From contig JWZX01003028.1 in assembly GCA_001275005.1 (NCBI GenBank), forward strand, positions 1 through 37,453: a DNA stretch of 37,453 nucleotides, given 5' to 3'. The notes below the pieces were generated by a model. The model searched no databases. It was given only the letters and a program-made list of their open reading frames with translations, and was not told where the DNA came from. Shown here piece by piece: positions 20,105-35,160 of the stretch; position 1 is the stretch's first letter; each line of letters opens with the position of its first letter. The translations under genes and the position numbers were made by a program. The DNA comes from Chrysochromulina tobinii. Taxonomy: Eukaryota.

Positions 20105-23100
20105 ATGCTGGCCTCGGCGACGACGCCGCCCGGATTCCCGCTGGTTTGGGAGGGAGTACCGACCGCGAACTACACGATGGTCGGGTACGACGCTGGAATG
20201 CTCAATATCCAGGTGAATGCCTGAGCACTGAAAACACACCTGAGCACTGAGCACTGACGGCCCTGCGTGCCTGCGCACGATCGAACAGTTCTCGAGCGAT
20301 TGCTCCGGCGGGCCGGCATCGCAACGAATGCGGACTGTGTATCCCGACAATTACACGGTGCTCTCGCGTTGCGATCTCGGATGGAACTACATCATCGACC
20401 CGAGCTCACGCGGCGGTGGCTGCGTGGTCTGGCCGCTCAAGAGCGACACGTGCAGCTCCTGCGCGTGCCCATTTTGCCTCCGTGACACAGGCGGCGTGTG
20501 GGGTTCTACTGGGTCGGGAAATGTGACGTGGCTTGACATGCATCCCGCCATCAGCCCCGTCACCGGGGCTCCTGTCACCGTGTGGCGCGCCTTGCAGGCC
20601 AACGGCAACATTGTCGAGCACGCGGTCTCGGCGGCGGGGCTGCCAGTCACGCAAAGCGTCTCGTCGCCAAGCTATCTTACTGTCGCCACCCACTTCGACA
20701 GCTTCACACTCTCGGTTCCACTCGGCACCTTCGATGTCCCCGCGATCTGCGCAAACGCAACGCGTCGACTGCACGCCGCCAACGCTAGCCACGATGCAGC
20801 TAGGAGCCGCGCCGCACTGCGAGTGGGCCCGGCTGCGGACGTCAGCGTTGCGGCAGACCAGGCGCGTCCTCCACCGCCGCTCGGCGTACGCTTCCGTGCG
20901 TCGGTGACGACCAACATTGCACAGCCCGGCTACGAAGGGGGAAATGTTCTCACTGTCGTGCATGCCGACTGCTCGCGAGGGCCACGCAAGCAGCGTATGC
21001 ACACCACCTACGGCAACTTCCACACTGTGAGTCTGCATGCACACCACCTATGCACACCACTTGCATGCACACCACCCATGGCAACTTCCGCACTGCGAGT
21101 CTCTCGCTCGCACCTCCTCGCGGCGACCTAAGCGCCCTTCTCCTGCCACGCATCGCGCGTCCGTCGACCCTTTTCGACAGCACTCCTAGAGCGCGCCTTG
21201 TTACGGAGGTGTGTGCGTGCCTTCTCGGCAGTTGCTTGTCGACTGCGCGGCGGGCCTTGTGCGCGAATACGACGAGGGCGGCATTAACTGCGAAACGACG
21301 ACCATTGGGCTGCGCGACACGGTCGACGCCCGCATCTGCGCGACGTGCGGCATGCCATTTGGAATCCGCGACACAAACGGCGTGTACCGCGTCGGCGAGA
21401 GCATGCAGCAGACGGTCACGTGGTCTAACGCCACCGCAGACGCGGCCGACGGCGCGACCACGTACTATGGCCGCGTGGATGCCGGCTCGCTCGAGATAGC
21501 ATTCACTTTCGCCGCTGGCGGCACGCCGCTGCAGCAGGCTATCCTTCAGCACGGCTGGCAACGCCTCCTCGTCAACTTCTCTAACTATTCGGCCGACGAT
21601 TTTGACGACGTAAGCCCGCGCCCGCCGTCCGCACACCGCCCGCCGCCGCGCCGCCGCCGCTCTCCTCTGTACAGCCCGCGTAATGCGCCCAGTCACCCTA
21701 GCACGTCGCCGACACGCGTGGCTGACACGCGTGGCTCTCGCTTCCCCTCTCTCTGATGCTCAGTCGATCTTTGAGCCGCCGCGATGCTTCGAGCCGCTCT
21801 CGTCGCGCCTCGCCGTCTTTTGGGCCGGCTGGACGACGGTCGGTTGGGTGCTGCTCACGGGCATGGCCGCGGTTGTCGGCGCCCATATCGTCGACCAGTT
21901 CGCTCGCCGCATGCCAGCGCCACGCGCCATCCCGGCAGCTACGAGCGCGAGCGCCCGGGATGGCGCGAGCACGAGCGCGTCCTCGTGGGCGCACGTGGCC
22001 ACGAGCATCGTCGGCACGGCGGTGCGTGCGGCTGCGCCGCTCGCCATCGTCATCAGCAGTTACTTGCTCGCAGCCACATACGAATCGCCACAAATTGTAC
22101 AGTCCAGTGCGCTCCCGTACTCATTTGCTGCACCGGCGCTCGCCGGTGGTGGCTATTGCTACCCGCCCGCACACTGTGACGCGTACGATGGAGTATACAA
22201 GCCGCCGTGGTGGCGCAATCCGACCACCGTTATCGGCACCACCGCCGATGTGCGCGTGCTCTCGGCGTACTACGCGTACCTCGCGTTGCTTGCCATAATT
22301 GGACCGCTCATGCGCCTCTCGGCCGCGCTCGACTCGTCGTGCAGTACGCCGCTGCGCGTGCGGCTGCCGACGATCGGCCGCGCGCACTACGTCGACACGA
22401 GCTGTGGTGAGATGCTCACAGTGCTCTTCCTATGTTCGCTGCTGCTCTATGCCTTCTACGACGCGCTCGACATTCAGACCCTCGCCCTTCTCGACACACC
22501 CGCTGCGCTGCAACGGCTTGGAGCTGCGTGCGGCTCGCTGCTCAACCTGTTGGTCGGGCTGGTGCTTCTGCCCGTAGGCCGCGCGCTCGTCGTTGTCGGT
22601 GTGCCGCATGAACGTGCCGTGAGCTATCATCGCACCATCGGCACATCCATCATCGCCGTCGGCGCGCTCCACGTCGCTGTCGAGCACGCGCACTGGCTAA
22701 TCAAGCGCACATGGCTCGCGTTCACATTCAACTATGTGCACACTCACACGGGGCAGGACGTGTGGCCGTGGGCCGTGCCCATGATGAACCTTCTCTTCGT
22801 CGCCCTCCTTGTTGCCAGCCTCGCCGCCCTCTCGCCAATCCGCCGCCGCTACTACAATGTCTTCCTCGCGATGCACGTCGTGGTGATGCCGTGCTTTCTT
22901 CTCGGTGCGTCACTGCACACGCCAGCTACTGCACACGCCCACGGCTGTGTACACGACTCACACGCTACGGCCATGTATACACACGTCACTGCACACGCCC
23001 ACGACTCACACGCTCGCGACTGGCACGCTCCACCCCCTTCTCTTCCACAGGCACGTTGGTACACTCGTGGAGCGCCTGGAAGTTCGCCCTTGCCGGCATC

Positions 23101-24348
23101 GCCCTCTATCTCGCTGACAAGCTCTCTCGCACAGTCTGCACCCTTGCGGAGGCCGTCTCGCCGACGACGCGTCTGGTGGGGCTCCGCGAGCTCAAGGGTG
23201 GCATTGTGGCACTCACACTACGCTCCAAAGCGCGCCCACCCACGCCTGGGACTACCGTACGGCTGCGCATCGGAGCCATCTCTTGGGTGCAAGCCCACCC
23301 GTTCACCGTTTCAGAGACGGGAGGCTACGGCGCGGCGGCGGCGATGGCAAGCACAGGCGGCGTCGCCAACGGCGCCGCCGCTGTTGTCAGTGCGCCGTGC
23401 GATGCGCGCACTCGTGACGTGGACGAGGCGGCGACACACACGTGGACGCTACACGTCAAGGCCACCGGCAACAATCGCTGGACCGACCGGCTGCTGATGC
23501 TGGCGAGGGCGCATGCATCTCAGCTAGCATCTGAGCATGTATCTCCGCATGCCTCGGGGGCCGCCGAGCCTCTCACGTCGCGAGGAGACGAAGCCGTAAT
23601 CAAGCTGCCTTCGCCTTCGACTCTCGCTTCTGACATTGCGCCTTGTTCGCCGCCGGTGCCACCGCTGCCGCCGCGGCTGCCGCGCGTGTGCGCGTTATGG
23701 TCCGAAGCCGAGGCGCAGTTGCAGACGTCTGCAACGCGGCGCCACGCCGCTGCTGATGTGGTGGTGCTGTTCGCTGGCGGGGTAGGAATCACACCTCTCT
23801 CTGCGCTCGCTCACCAGCTGCTTCTCGCCAGCGAGCGCAGCGCCAGCGGATGCAAGCACCCGTGCACTCTCGTTTTTAAGCGACGGCGGAGTGACCTCAA
23901 AGCGTCGCTCCTCCCATCAGCCACGTGCTCGACGGCAGAGGCTCTCTCGAGAGTTGGCGCTGGCTCTTGCCAAACGTCGGCGGTGGTGGCCGACGCGTCG
24001 CCGCCGGCGATATGGCTTGTTTGGTCGGTTCGCTCTATTGAGCTCGTCACAGAATTTGTGCCGCTGCTCGAGCTGTTGCACGCCGCGCCGAATGCAAAGC
24101 TGAGCATCCATCTCACCGACGAGTTTGGCGGTGGCGCCGAGTGCCTGCCGCCAGCGCTGCAAGCATGCGTGCACAATGCGCGCGCAGACGTCGACTCCAT
24201 CCTTGGCAAGTGCGCGGCCGCGAATGCGCGCGTGCACGTCTGCACGTGCTGTCCTGTCCAAATGGAGAGGGCCGTCGGCAGGCTATGTGATGCGCACTGC
24301 CGCAAGGGCACCATTATGCGTCTCACGCGAATGAACTTTCTCTTGTAG
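20105..24348 (+). CDS. Ferric reductase / NADPH-oxidase-like flavocytochrome with two N-terminal Cys-rich ependymin-like domains (~1220 aa)
   Basis: Exons 20105-20212, 20289-21026, 21232-21609, 21764-22904, 23051-24348; all GT-AG and in phase. Heme His pairs YHRTIG..ALH and AMH..LVH, FAD motif HPFTVS, NADPH motif LFAGGVGITP, then WLVWSVR. The reductase call is strong; the ependymin-like call is moderate. Confidence 0.8.
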
Positions 24349-24446
24349 ACCTTTTTACCGTGCGTTCAGAAGTTCCCCCAAAGTAATTCACAGTGTGGTT
24401 ACAATTCACACGTCGCGGATGCGGACCGGCCAACTGTTTATTGCGC

Positions 24447-27400
24447 ATGCCGGCAGCGAGCGCGGCCATGCACACGCTCACGAGTCTGCAGGCCGACATC
24501 GACTCGTTGCACAGCAAGTGCAATGAGCTGCGCCAAAGCCTCGGCCACCCGACGACGCTCGAGTCAGAGGCGAGGGCACTCGTGAAAGACGGAGGCTCTC
24601 GGCCGGGCACGGAGCAGGCGCTGCTGCAGCTGCGCGAAAGCAAAGCGTCGGAGCTGCAGATGCTGTCCCTTCGCTGCTGCGGGCGCTCGACGCGGGACTG
24701 CCATGGCGCCGTCACCGGGCCGTCCGGCTCGCGCTTCAACTTGAAGCTCCTGCTCGCCGTCGCCGACTGCATGTCCACACAGGGTAAGGAGCTCGCCGAG
24801 CAGACGAAGCGCCACGAGGCGCTGCAGCGAGAGAACCGCGCACTGCGCGACCTCACTGGTCAGCGCAGCGCCGCAGAGGGCGGATCCTCCCAGCCCCTTG
24901 GTGGACCCGACGCGTTTCCGGCCTCGCCAGTGCCCTCTGCGGCTGCTCCCGTCCGTCCGTCCTCAGCGATGGCTGCTGTCCGTCGTCAGCCTCCGCCCGT
25001 ACCGAGCGACGGGCGGCCGTCACCGCACGAGGCGTTCGCCGAGCTGTTCGGCAGCAGCAGCAGCAGCGTCAGCGCCAGCGCCAGCGTCAGCGGCAACGTC
25101 AGCGGCAGCGGCAGTGGCAGCAGCGGCAGCGGCAGCAGCCAACCGTCAGGAATCTCAAGACAACCGCCGCCGCAGCCTTACGCACCTCCGGCGCTCGCGC
25201 TGCAGCGTCCGCCTCCGCCGAGCACGGCGGCGATGCGCCAGCCCGACGCGCCTTCGCACCGCGCGCCGCCCGCCCTGCGCCGCGACGCGAGTGGACTGAG
25301 CCTCACCGCCGCCGCCGCCGCCACGGCCGCCGCCGCCAACGCGTCCGACGCGGCGGCGGCCGCCGCCTTAACGGCCGAGGCGAGCGCTCGAGCGAGCGCC
25401 AACGGCTCCCGCGAGCTCCGGCTGCTCAGCTTGCAGCGGCGGCTCGACGAGTCCCTCGCCGAGAATGCGATGTGGAAGCGCCAATTTGCCAAGCGGCTCG
25501 AGGAGATGCTCGCCCAATACGGCGCGGGCGGCGCGGCGGCGCAAGTGCCCACGGCGGCGCTAGCCCAGGCAGCCCCCTCTGCCAAGGCGCCCAATACGGC
25601 GCCTCCTCCCGTCAAGCCGCCTCCGGCAGCCGCGCCCGGGCCAGCTCCGCCCAATACGGCGCCCGCGCCCAAGGCGCACCTACAGCCGTCCAAGGGTGCT
25701 CAGGATGGCGCTCCGGATGGCGCTGCGGCGGCGGTGGCGTCGGCGACGGCGGCGGATGCCCTCGCTGCGTCGGAGGCGGAGGCGGAGCGATTGCGTACGG
25801 AGCTGCAGGCGGCGCTAGTGCGCGCGCGCGCGGCGGAGACGGGGCGCGATGCGGAGAAGCAGCGCACCGCCAGGCTCGATGCGGAGCTCAAGGAGGCGCA
25901 TGCATCGCTCGAAAAGGCAAAGGCGAGCGCCGACGCGAGCGCCAAGCAGAGGAGCGCGGGAGAGGCGGACGCGGCCAAGGCGGCCGCAAGCAAGGCACAG
26001 GGAGCGGCGGCGCAGGCGGCGGCGCAGGCGGAGAGCCGCGCGCAGCAGCTCGAGCAGCGCGCGGAGAAGGTGGCGAGCCAGTTGGCGGCCCTGCACGCTG
26101 AGCACGCCGCGGTCGCTGCTAAGGCCAAGGCAGAGATGAGCGCCGACCTGTGCGCCACCCGTGAGTCGCTCGCGACGGTGGAGCGTGAGCTGAGCGAGGC
26201 GCGGCGCGCGGCGGAGCGCGCAGAGGCGCGTGCGAGCAAGGCCGAGAAGGAGGCGGAGAGGGTGGTGGCCGAGGCGCGCCGCGCGCGCGACGGAGCGCTC
26301 GCAAATGCCCAGGCGCAGGCGAGTGATGACCTCTGATGACCTCCGATGGCCTCTGATTGCTTCCCCCTTCAGGCGAGTGCCCAAGCACACGCGAGCGCCG
26401 AGGGCGATGCCTGCGCGCGAAGCTGATGGCCTCTGATGACCTCTGATGGCCTCTGATGACCTCTGATGACCTCTGATGACCTCTGATGACCTCTGATGAC
26501 CTCTGATGACCTCTGATGACCACTGATGACCTCTGATGACCTCTGATGACCTCTGATGACCACTGATGACCTCTGATGACCTCTGATGACCTCTGATGAC
26601 CTCTGATGACCTCTGATGACCTCTGATGACCTCTGATGGCCTCGCTCATCAGGCGAGTGCCGAGGGCGACGGCCTGCGCGCGAAGCTGCGCGAGGCCGAG
26701 GCGAGGCTCGAGGGCGCGCGAAAGCGGCACGCAGAGGAGGTGGCGGGGCTAGAGGCGACGGCCACGCACGAGCTGTCTCTCGAGAAGCAAGCGGCCAATC
26801 GCACCGTCACCCAATTGCAGACGCAATTGAGCCAGATGACGGCGCGAGCCGAGCGAGCTGAAGCGCAGCTGAGCAGCTCGGAACGTCAGCTGGCGGACGC
26901 GGCGGCCGAAGCGACGCGTCAACGTATGGCGGCGCACGAGGCGAATGTGCGTGCGCAGCAGGTGGAGCGCGCCGCCTCGGGCATGCAGCAGGCGGCCGAG
27001 AGCGCGATGAAACGTGCGGACGCGTGCGAGGCTGAGGCGCGCGAGATCGCATCTCGTCGCATCTCGTGGAAGGACGAGCGCGCGGCGCTCACAACGGAGC
27101 TGCATGCCGAGCGAGCGATACTCGACAAGGAGCGTCTGCACCTTCGCTCTCTCGAGGCATCCCTTGCGCACGAGCGTCAGGTGCGCCGCTCGATGGAGAC
27201 GCTGCTCGAGACGCGCCTCGGGGAGCTCTCGAGTGAGACACAGCCTGAGGACCTCGCCAAGGGCGCCGAGGCGCTGCAGCTGCTGCTCGGGACGGCGGCC
27301 ATCGCCCAGGCAGCCCTCGAGCAGCGGGAGGCACTCCTCGCTGACATCTTCATGCTCTTCGACACACGCCACGCGGATCGGATCGTCGCTCTCGAAGGCA

Positions 27401-28014
27401 CCGCAACCCATCGGCACAGGTGCGACGCCGCGCATGCCAAGCTCGACAGCACGCTCGCGCGCCTCGATGCGCTCGAGATGGCGCGCCTCGATGCGCTCGA
27501 GACGGCGCCCCCAACGGCCGCCGCTCTGGGGCCGCCGCCCACCGCCGCGTCCTCTGGCGCGTCGTCCAGGCCGGGCACAGCCGCCACCGCCGCCGAACAC
27601 GCGTCCGCGGCCGGCTCGTCGCCCGACACGGCGTTGCTCCGGAGCAGTTCGGGTCTGCTGGTACTCCGTCAAGAGCTGCGCGAGGTTGCTGGGCTGCTCC
27701 TTGCGGCGAGCAAAGCCGGCAGCGCGGCCTCCGACGTGGTGGCGGCGCAGGAGGCGGCCGTGCAGGCGGCGATCCACAAGTTCGCGGCGCGAGTCGACCA
27801 GTACCAGAGCGAGCTCAAGCACTCGAAGGAGCGAATCGCGGAGCTCGAGCGAGCCCTCGCGAAGGCTGGAGCCAAGGCGCCCCCCGCCCCCGTGCACCGC
27901 CCACCGCCCACTGGGTCCAGCGCGGCGCCCAAGAGTCGGCAGCAGCCCATTGCGGGCGGCGGCAGGAGCCCAAGAGGACCGCCGTCGCCGGATTGGCTGC
28001 CCAAAAATCGATGA
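24447..28014 (+). CDS. Large Ala-rich coiled-coil protein of unknown function (~1077 aa)
   Basis: Exons 24447-26318 and 26653-28014 joined in phase 0 by a GC-AG intron; long heptad-rich segments and Pro/Ser linkers. Confidence 0.75.
26431..26640 (+). repeat. Decamer array (CTCTGATGAC, 21 units) inside intron 26319-26652
   Basis: Read directly, with variants CACTGATGAC and CTCTGATGGC. Confidence 0.97.
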
Positions 28015-28225
28015 GACGCGCAACCATGGTGCCGTGTGAATTTTGTACATAGATTGCACGTCGCCGCGCCACGCCGTATATCCCGGCGTGAAATGCGAGT
28101 TCCCCCGTGGCCGCGATTTGAAATTAATATTGAACATCCTAAATGCGTTGCTCTCCGCAGGCCTGCTACGTGCTACCAACCTGCTTCCGACGCCTTCCTG
28201 ACAAGAGTGCTAAAAGCGTCGCGTC

Positions 28226-31087
<2,862 letters not shown>

Positions 31088-31341
31088 TTACACACAGCCC
31101 CAATTTCGAACTCGCACGTCCAGAGCACGTCCCAGAAAATGCACACTGATTACCCCTGATCACCTCTGATTGCCCCTGAGTCTTGCGGGCCGCACGACCT
31201 CCGTTAGACAGACCTCCGTGGCAGGCGGCTTGCTCTGTTGTACACGACGTGTCGGGTGCGCGCGCGCCCAGCGCCGTGAATGCGAACTCGATGAGAAACT
31301 GGACAGCATCGGAGCGCATAAACAAGAGCTCCGATGCCCTC

Positions 31342-32734
31342 TCAGTGTGAGCTCCCAATGTCCTCATTGTTGACCTCCTCTCCGATGGACTTGACCAGAA
31401 GGGCGCTGAGGAAGCCTAGGAGACACACAAAGCCGACGATGTTGCCGCCAATCTCGAAGGCTTCCGGGAGCACCGTGGACGCGATCATGGTGAGCATCGC
31501 TCCTCCGCACACGCCCTCGATGATCGCGATCAGGTAGGAGGCTCCCAAAGTCCTCTGCTCACCGGGCCCGAGGGGGGGGAAGCAGATGGCGCCGAGCCCC
31601 GCCCCGAGACCTGTGCCGACAAAGATGGCGGACCACATGCCCATGATGACGATCGACCTCATGCTGTACGACTTCATGATCGCCGCGGAGGACATGGCTT
31701 CAGGCAGGTTGGCGAGGAAGACGCCGACGGTGAAGGTGATCAGCGAGGAGATGTTTCCCGAGTTCGCGAGGATGCCAAGTACGAAGGATTCTGGGATGGC
31801 GTCAAGCCCAATGCCTAGCCAAATCATGATCGCGGCGTTCTGCAGGGGAACGGTTAAGGTTAGGGAGAGGAATGAAGAGTTCAGAGGAGAATGCCTATCC
31901 AGATCCAGCCGATGACACTATAGGGGGCAATCAGCGGGCAATCAGCAGGCACTCATCGGGCATGCAAAGGGAGGGCAATCACCCTATCCAAATCCAGCCG
32001 ACAACATCGGAGGGAGGGCAATCAGCAGAGGCTCCATGAGAGGCAGTGGCATTTGAGCTGTGCGGTAGCAGAGTTGCGCGGCGTATCACCTTGCCGCCTT
32101 GATGGCCTTGATGGCTAGCCGCCTTCGCCGCCTCCTCGGCGCGCTTTTCAACAGCCTCGCGTCGATTCTCCTCTAGCATTTTCGTTATTTTCGATGACGA
32201 GACAACATGCGTTATCCCAGCGCGGAATTTTGCACGTGCAGCCGCGGCTGCTTCCTCCTTGCGGATGCGCTCTGCCTCCGCTTCGTCATACGTTTCAACT
32301 GCATTTGGGTCAGGCTTCTCTCCGGACTCCATGTCGGGCTGAACCTTGCCGAGGACCTTCGCGACTTTGAGCGTCGATCGCTTACGGAAGAAGGCTCCTT
32401 GATCATTCAGCACCTTGTCGAGGAAGCTGAAAAACGCCCCGCCACATACGGCCGCCGCAATCGCAGCGAGCGTGCAGCCGAGGCCTGTGTCTGACTGATG
32501 CTGCAAGATGGCGCCGAACAACTCGATGCTTAGCGCCTGGATGAGCGCTCCACCACCGAAGGCCATCATTGCAGCATTCACCTTCGGGCTGGGCGCTGCC
32601 GTGACGCCAATCGCAGCACCAATAACAAGCGAGAGCGCTGAGAGAAGCCCCCAGCCGGCAGCGTTGAGAAAGTTTAAGCCCCCGTCCACGGGCTCGCGCA
32701 CGATGGTCGTATTCAACAACAAGGAACCTCCCAT
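31342..32734 (-). CDS. ZIP-family (ZupT/GufA-like) divalent metal transporter
   Basis: Exons 32734-32090 (5' end may extend upstream to include a His5 tract) and 31839-31342. Motifs MAFGGGALI, GIGLDAIPE (TM4), FLANLPE (TM5), GGAML..LPEAF. Confidence 0.88.
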
Positions 32735-33017
32735 TCGCCCCTGGTGGTGGTGGTGGTGGACGCTCGGCAAGTGTCGAGGGTTGGCGTCGCTCCCGTTCCC
32801 GAAGACTTGCGAAACGCAACAGATAGGAATCCTATAATCCAAAGCTTCCAAATAAGTTATTCATATGGACGCACCTCCAGGCAACAAAATAAAACGGACA
32901 TGCTGTCGTCATCCCGCGTCGCGGACGCGACGCGCCTCTCGATGACGCGGACGCGACGCTTGATGACGTCGCAATTTGGGTTCTGAAACTGTGTCTGAAA
33001 AGAGGACTCCGAACGTG

Positions 33018-34160
33018 ATGCCGAGCGCCGCCACGGCCGCGCACGTCGTGGCGGTGACGGCGTTGGCTTTGACGCTCACATGGCTCTTCTTCGCTCGCCG
33101 TAAGCGTCGCCACGTTGTCTCGCTTCCCATCACGTTGGCGGACAAGAATGGTGGAGCTATCACGGTACGCGTGGCGCGAGTCTCAGATCGGGAGGAGGTG
33201 GTCTCTTCGATTGCCGATCTCACGGGCACGGGCAGCGGCACGGGCAATGACGACTACCTCCTCCAGGAGTTCAACCGAATGGTCGAGGACGAGGATGTGC
33301 TGCTCCTTTTCGCCGAAGACGTTGAGACGGGCAAGGGCCTGGGCATGATGGCGATCGTGTGGTCGAGCCCAGTTGAAACATACTGGCAGAGCTTGCGCGT
33401 GTCGCAGGCGGCGCGCGGGCGAGGCATCGCCTCGCGCCTCTTCGATGTGGCTGCCCACATTGCGCTGCAGCGTCAGGGCCCGGCGAGCATCGGACGCTGG
33501 GGCGTCGTCTCCTCGAACGAGGTGATGACACGCTGGAGCGAGCGCCTCGGGCTGCATGGGCCGCAGCGCTTTCGGCGGTACGGCGCCCCCGCGTCCTCGG
33601 AGCCGCCCCCGCTGCCTCCGGGCTACGTGCTGCGCGAGGCGACTCAGGAGGACGTGCGCGCGATCATGGCGTTCCTCAAGAGCGCCCCCGTGTGGAATTC
33701 CGAATTTGGCTCCCAAAACTTTGTGCTCGCGGGCTGGGGGGAGTTTAGCGAGGAGATGCTCGGCAAGCTGGTGACGGGTGCGACCTCGCGCGGCCTCCCC
33801 GTGCCCAGCCCGCGTCTGCTCCTGAGCGCGAGCGGCGCCCTCGTCGCCTTCATGTGCATCTCATTCTTCCAGATGGGTGACCAACGGTTCTGCATGTTCC
33901 GGTACGCGGACGGCGCGTACGACGAGCTGCGCGTGCTGCTGCACTGCCTGCCGAGCATCGCGCACGGGCTCAAGTGCGTTGGGTGCGGTGGGTACGTGCC
34001 CACCCTGCCGCCCATCATCGCGTTAATGGACGCTTCTGAAAAGTACAAGCGCGCGACGGCGACCGAGCAGCACGAGTTCAAATGGAAGAACGCCGAGTTT
34101 GTGGCGCGCATTGACCTGGGCGAGGCGGCTCTCGCGCCCGCCACGACGCCCGCCAAGTGA
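33018..34160 (+). CDS. GNAT-family N-acetyltransferase with N-terminal membrane anchor
   Basis: Acetyl-CoA motif A LRVSQAARGRGIASRL; hydrophobic VVAVTALALTLTWLFFA followed by RRKRR; a possible second GNAT-like half begins YVLREATQEDV. Confidence 0.82.
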   Translation: MPSAATAAHVVAVTALALTLTWLFFARRKRRHVVSLPITLADKNGGAITVRVARVSDREEVVSSIADLTGTGSGTGNDDYLLQEFNRMVEDEDVLLLFAEDVETGKGLGMMAIVWSSPVETYWQSLRVSQAARGRGIASRLFDVAAHIALQRQGPASIGRWGVVSSNEVMTRWSERLGLHGPQRFRRYGAPASSEPPPLPPGYVLREATQEDVRAIMAFLKSAPVWNSEFGSQNFVLAGWGEFSEEMLGKLVTGATSRGLPVPSPRLLLSASGALVAFMCISFFQMGDQRFCMFRYADGAYDELRVLLHCLPSIAHGLKCVGCGGYVPTLPPIIALMDASEKYKRATATEQHEFKWKNAEFVARIDLGEAALAPATTPAK

Positions 34161-34288
34161 GGCCGTAGTGAGGCCGAGCATTGGTGCACTCCTGTGGCGG
34201 CCCCTGGGGTACTTGGAGGGGGATGTGAGGGTTCGTGAGGGTCGTGGGCTGCACCCAGCTCACTGGCCACTGATGATGTGAGCGCTCA

Positions 34289-34367
34289 AGATCGAGATCG
34301 AGAGCGAGAGCGAGATTGGTGCGAATTCCGAGATCGAGATCGAGAGCGAGATTGGTGCGAATTCCGA
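34289..34367. repeat. Intergenic duplicated unit (GATCGA/GAGCGA hexamers + GATTGGTGCGAATTCCGA, 2 copies)
   Basis: Read directly. Confidence 0.8.
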
Positions 34368-35160
34368 ACACGTAGACTCTCGGAGCGGCGAAGGGAGCGA
34401 GGCGGATGCACGGAAAGAGGAGGGCAGGGGAAACGAGGCCGTCGGTGGAGCCGTAGGTCGGACCTAAGGTGAAAGGTCGGAGATCGAGAATCAAGCGTAA
34501 TGTCGAGGGCGTGGCACGCACGCGGGATTAGCAGATAGCAGTCCGGCGCTGCGCGCGCGCATGCGTGCGTCGACAGAGTGCGCACAAGCGTGGCCCAGGT
34601 GGATGTCGAGTGCACTCTGCACACGACCGGACGTGCCTGGGGCTCCACGGGCAGGACTTCTCTAGTTTGAGCACACGCACATCGCCGCACGGCACGCGGC
34701 GTTCAGCACGCGAACGATGGATCAGCCGTGGAGCGCGGCGAGTCGCACCCAGGAACTTATTGTGCGAGAGCGGCCGGAGCCGCGCGGGCCCGCAACCGGG
34801 GGCGCGGCGGGCGGCGAGCGGCACCCCCACCCACGGGACGGCCCGGTTGTGTCAGGTGGAGGTGCGTGGTTCTTGCGTGTGGAGACGTCGAGAAGTTTAC
34901 TACTTTCCTGTCTCTTTGCCGTGCCTCTCTCTCTCGTCTGTTCTCTCTACTGTGCGCCTGAAGCAAGAGCCGGTGCTGAACGTGCAACTGGATCGTTCGG
35001 TTTCAGTGGAGTTATGCAATCGCTCGGCGCTGGTCGGCGACTGGGATCGCATAGAGCGAGGCACATTTGTACGAGGCGCAGCTCATCGGCGGCACGCGCA
35101 TCATCCTCATATTGAAGACGACCTGTGCGTGTGACACGACGCGGTGGGCTCCGTCCTGTC

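Noticed and set aside
26431..26640. Decamer, 11-mer and 53-mer arrays as CRISPR or telomeric repeats
   Set aside because: No unique spacers, no cas genes, eukaryotic context; they sit inside phase-consistent introns.
34286..34690. Minus-strand ORF ending in RS repeats as an SR protein
   Set aside because: The RS tract comes from a short hexamer duplication; no RRM or other support.
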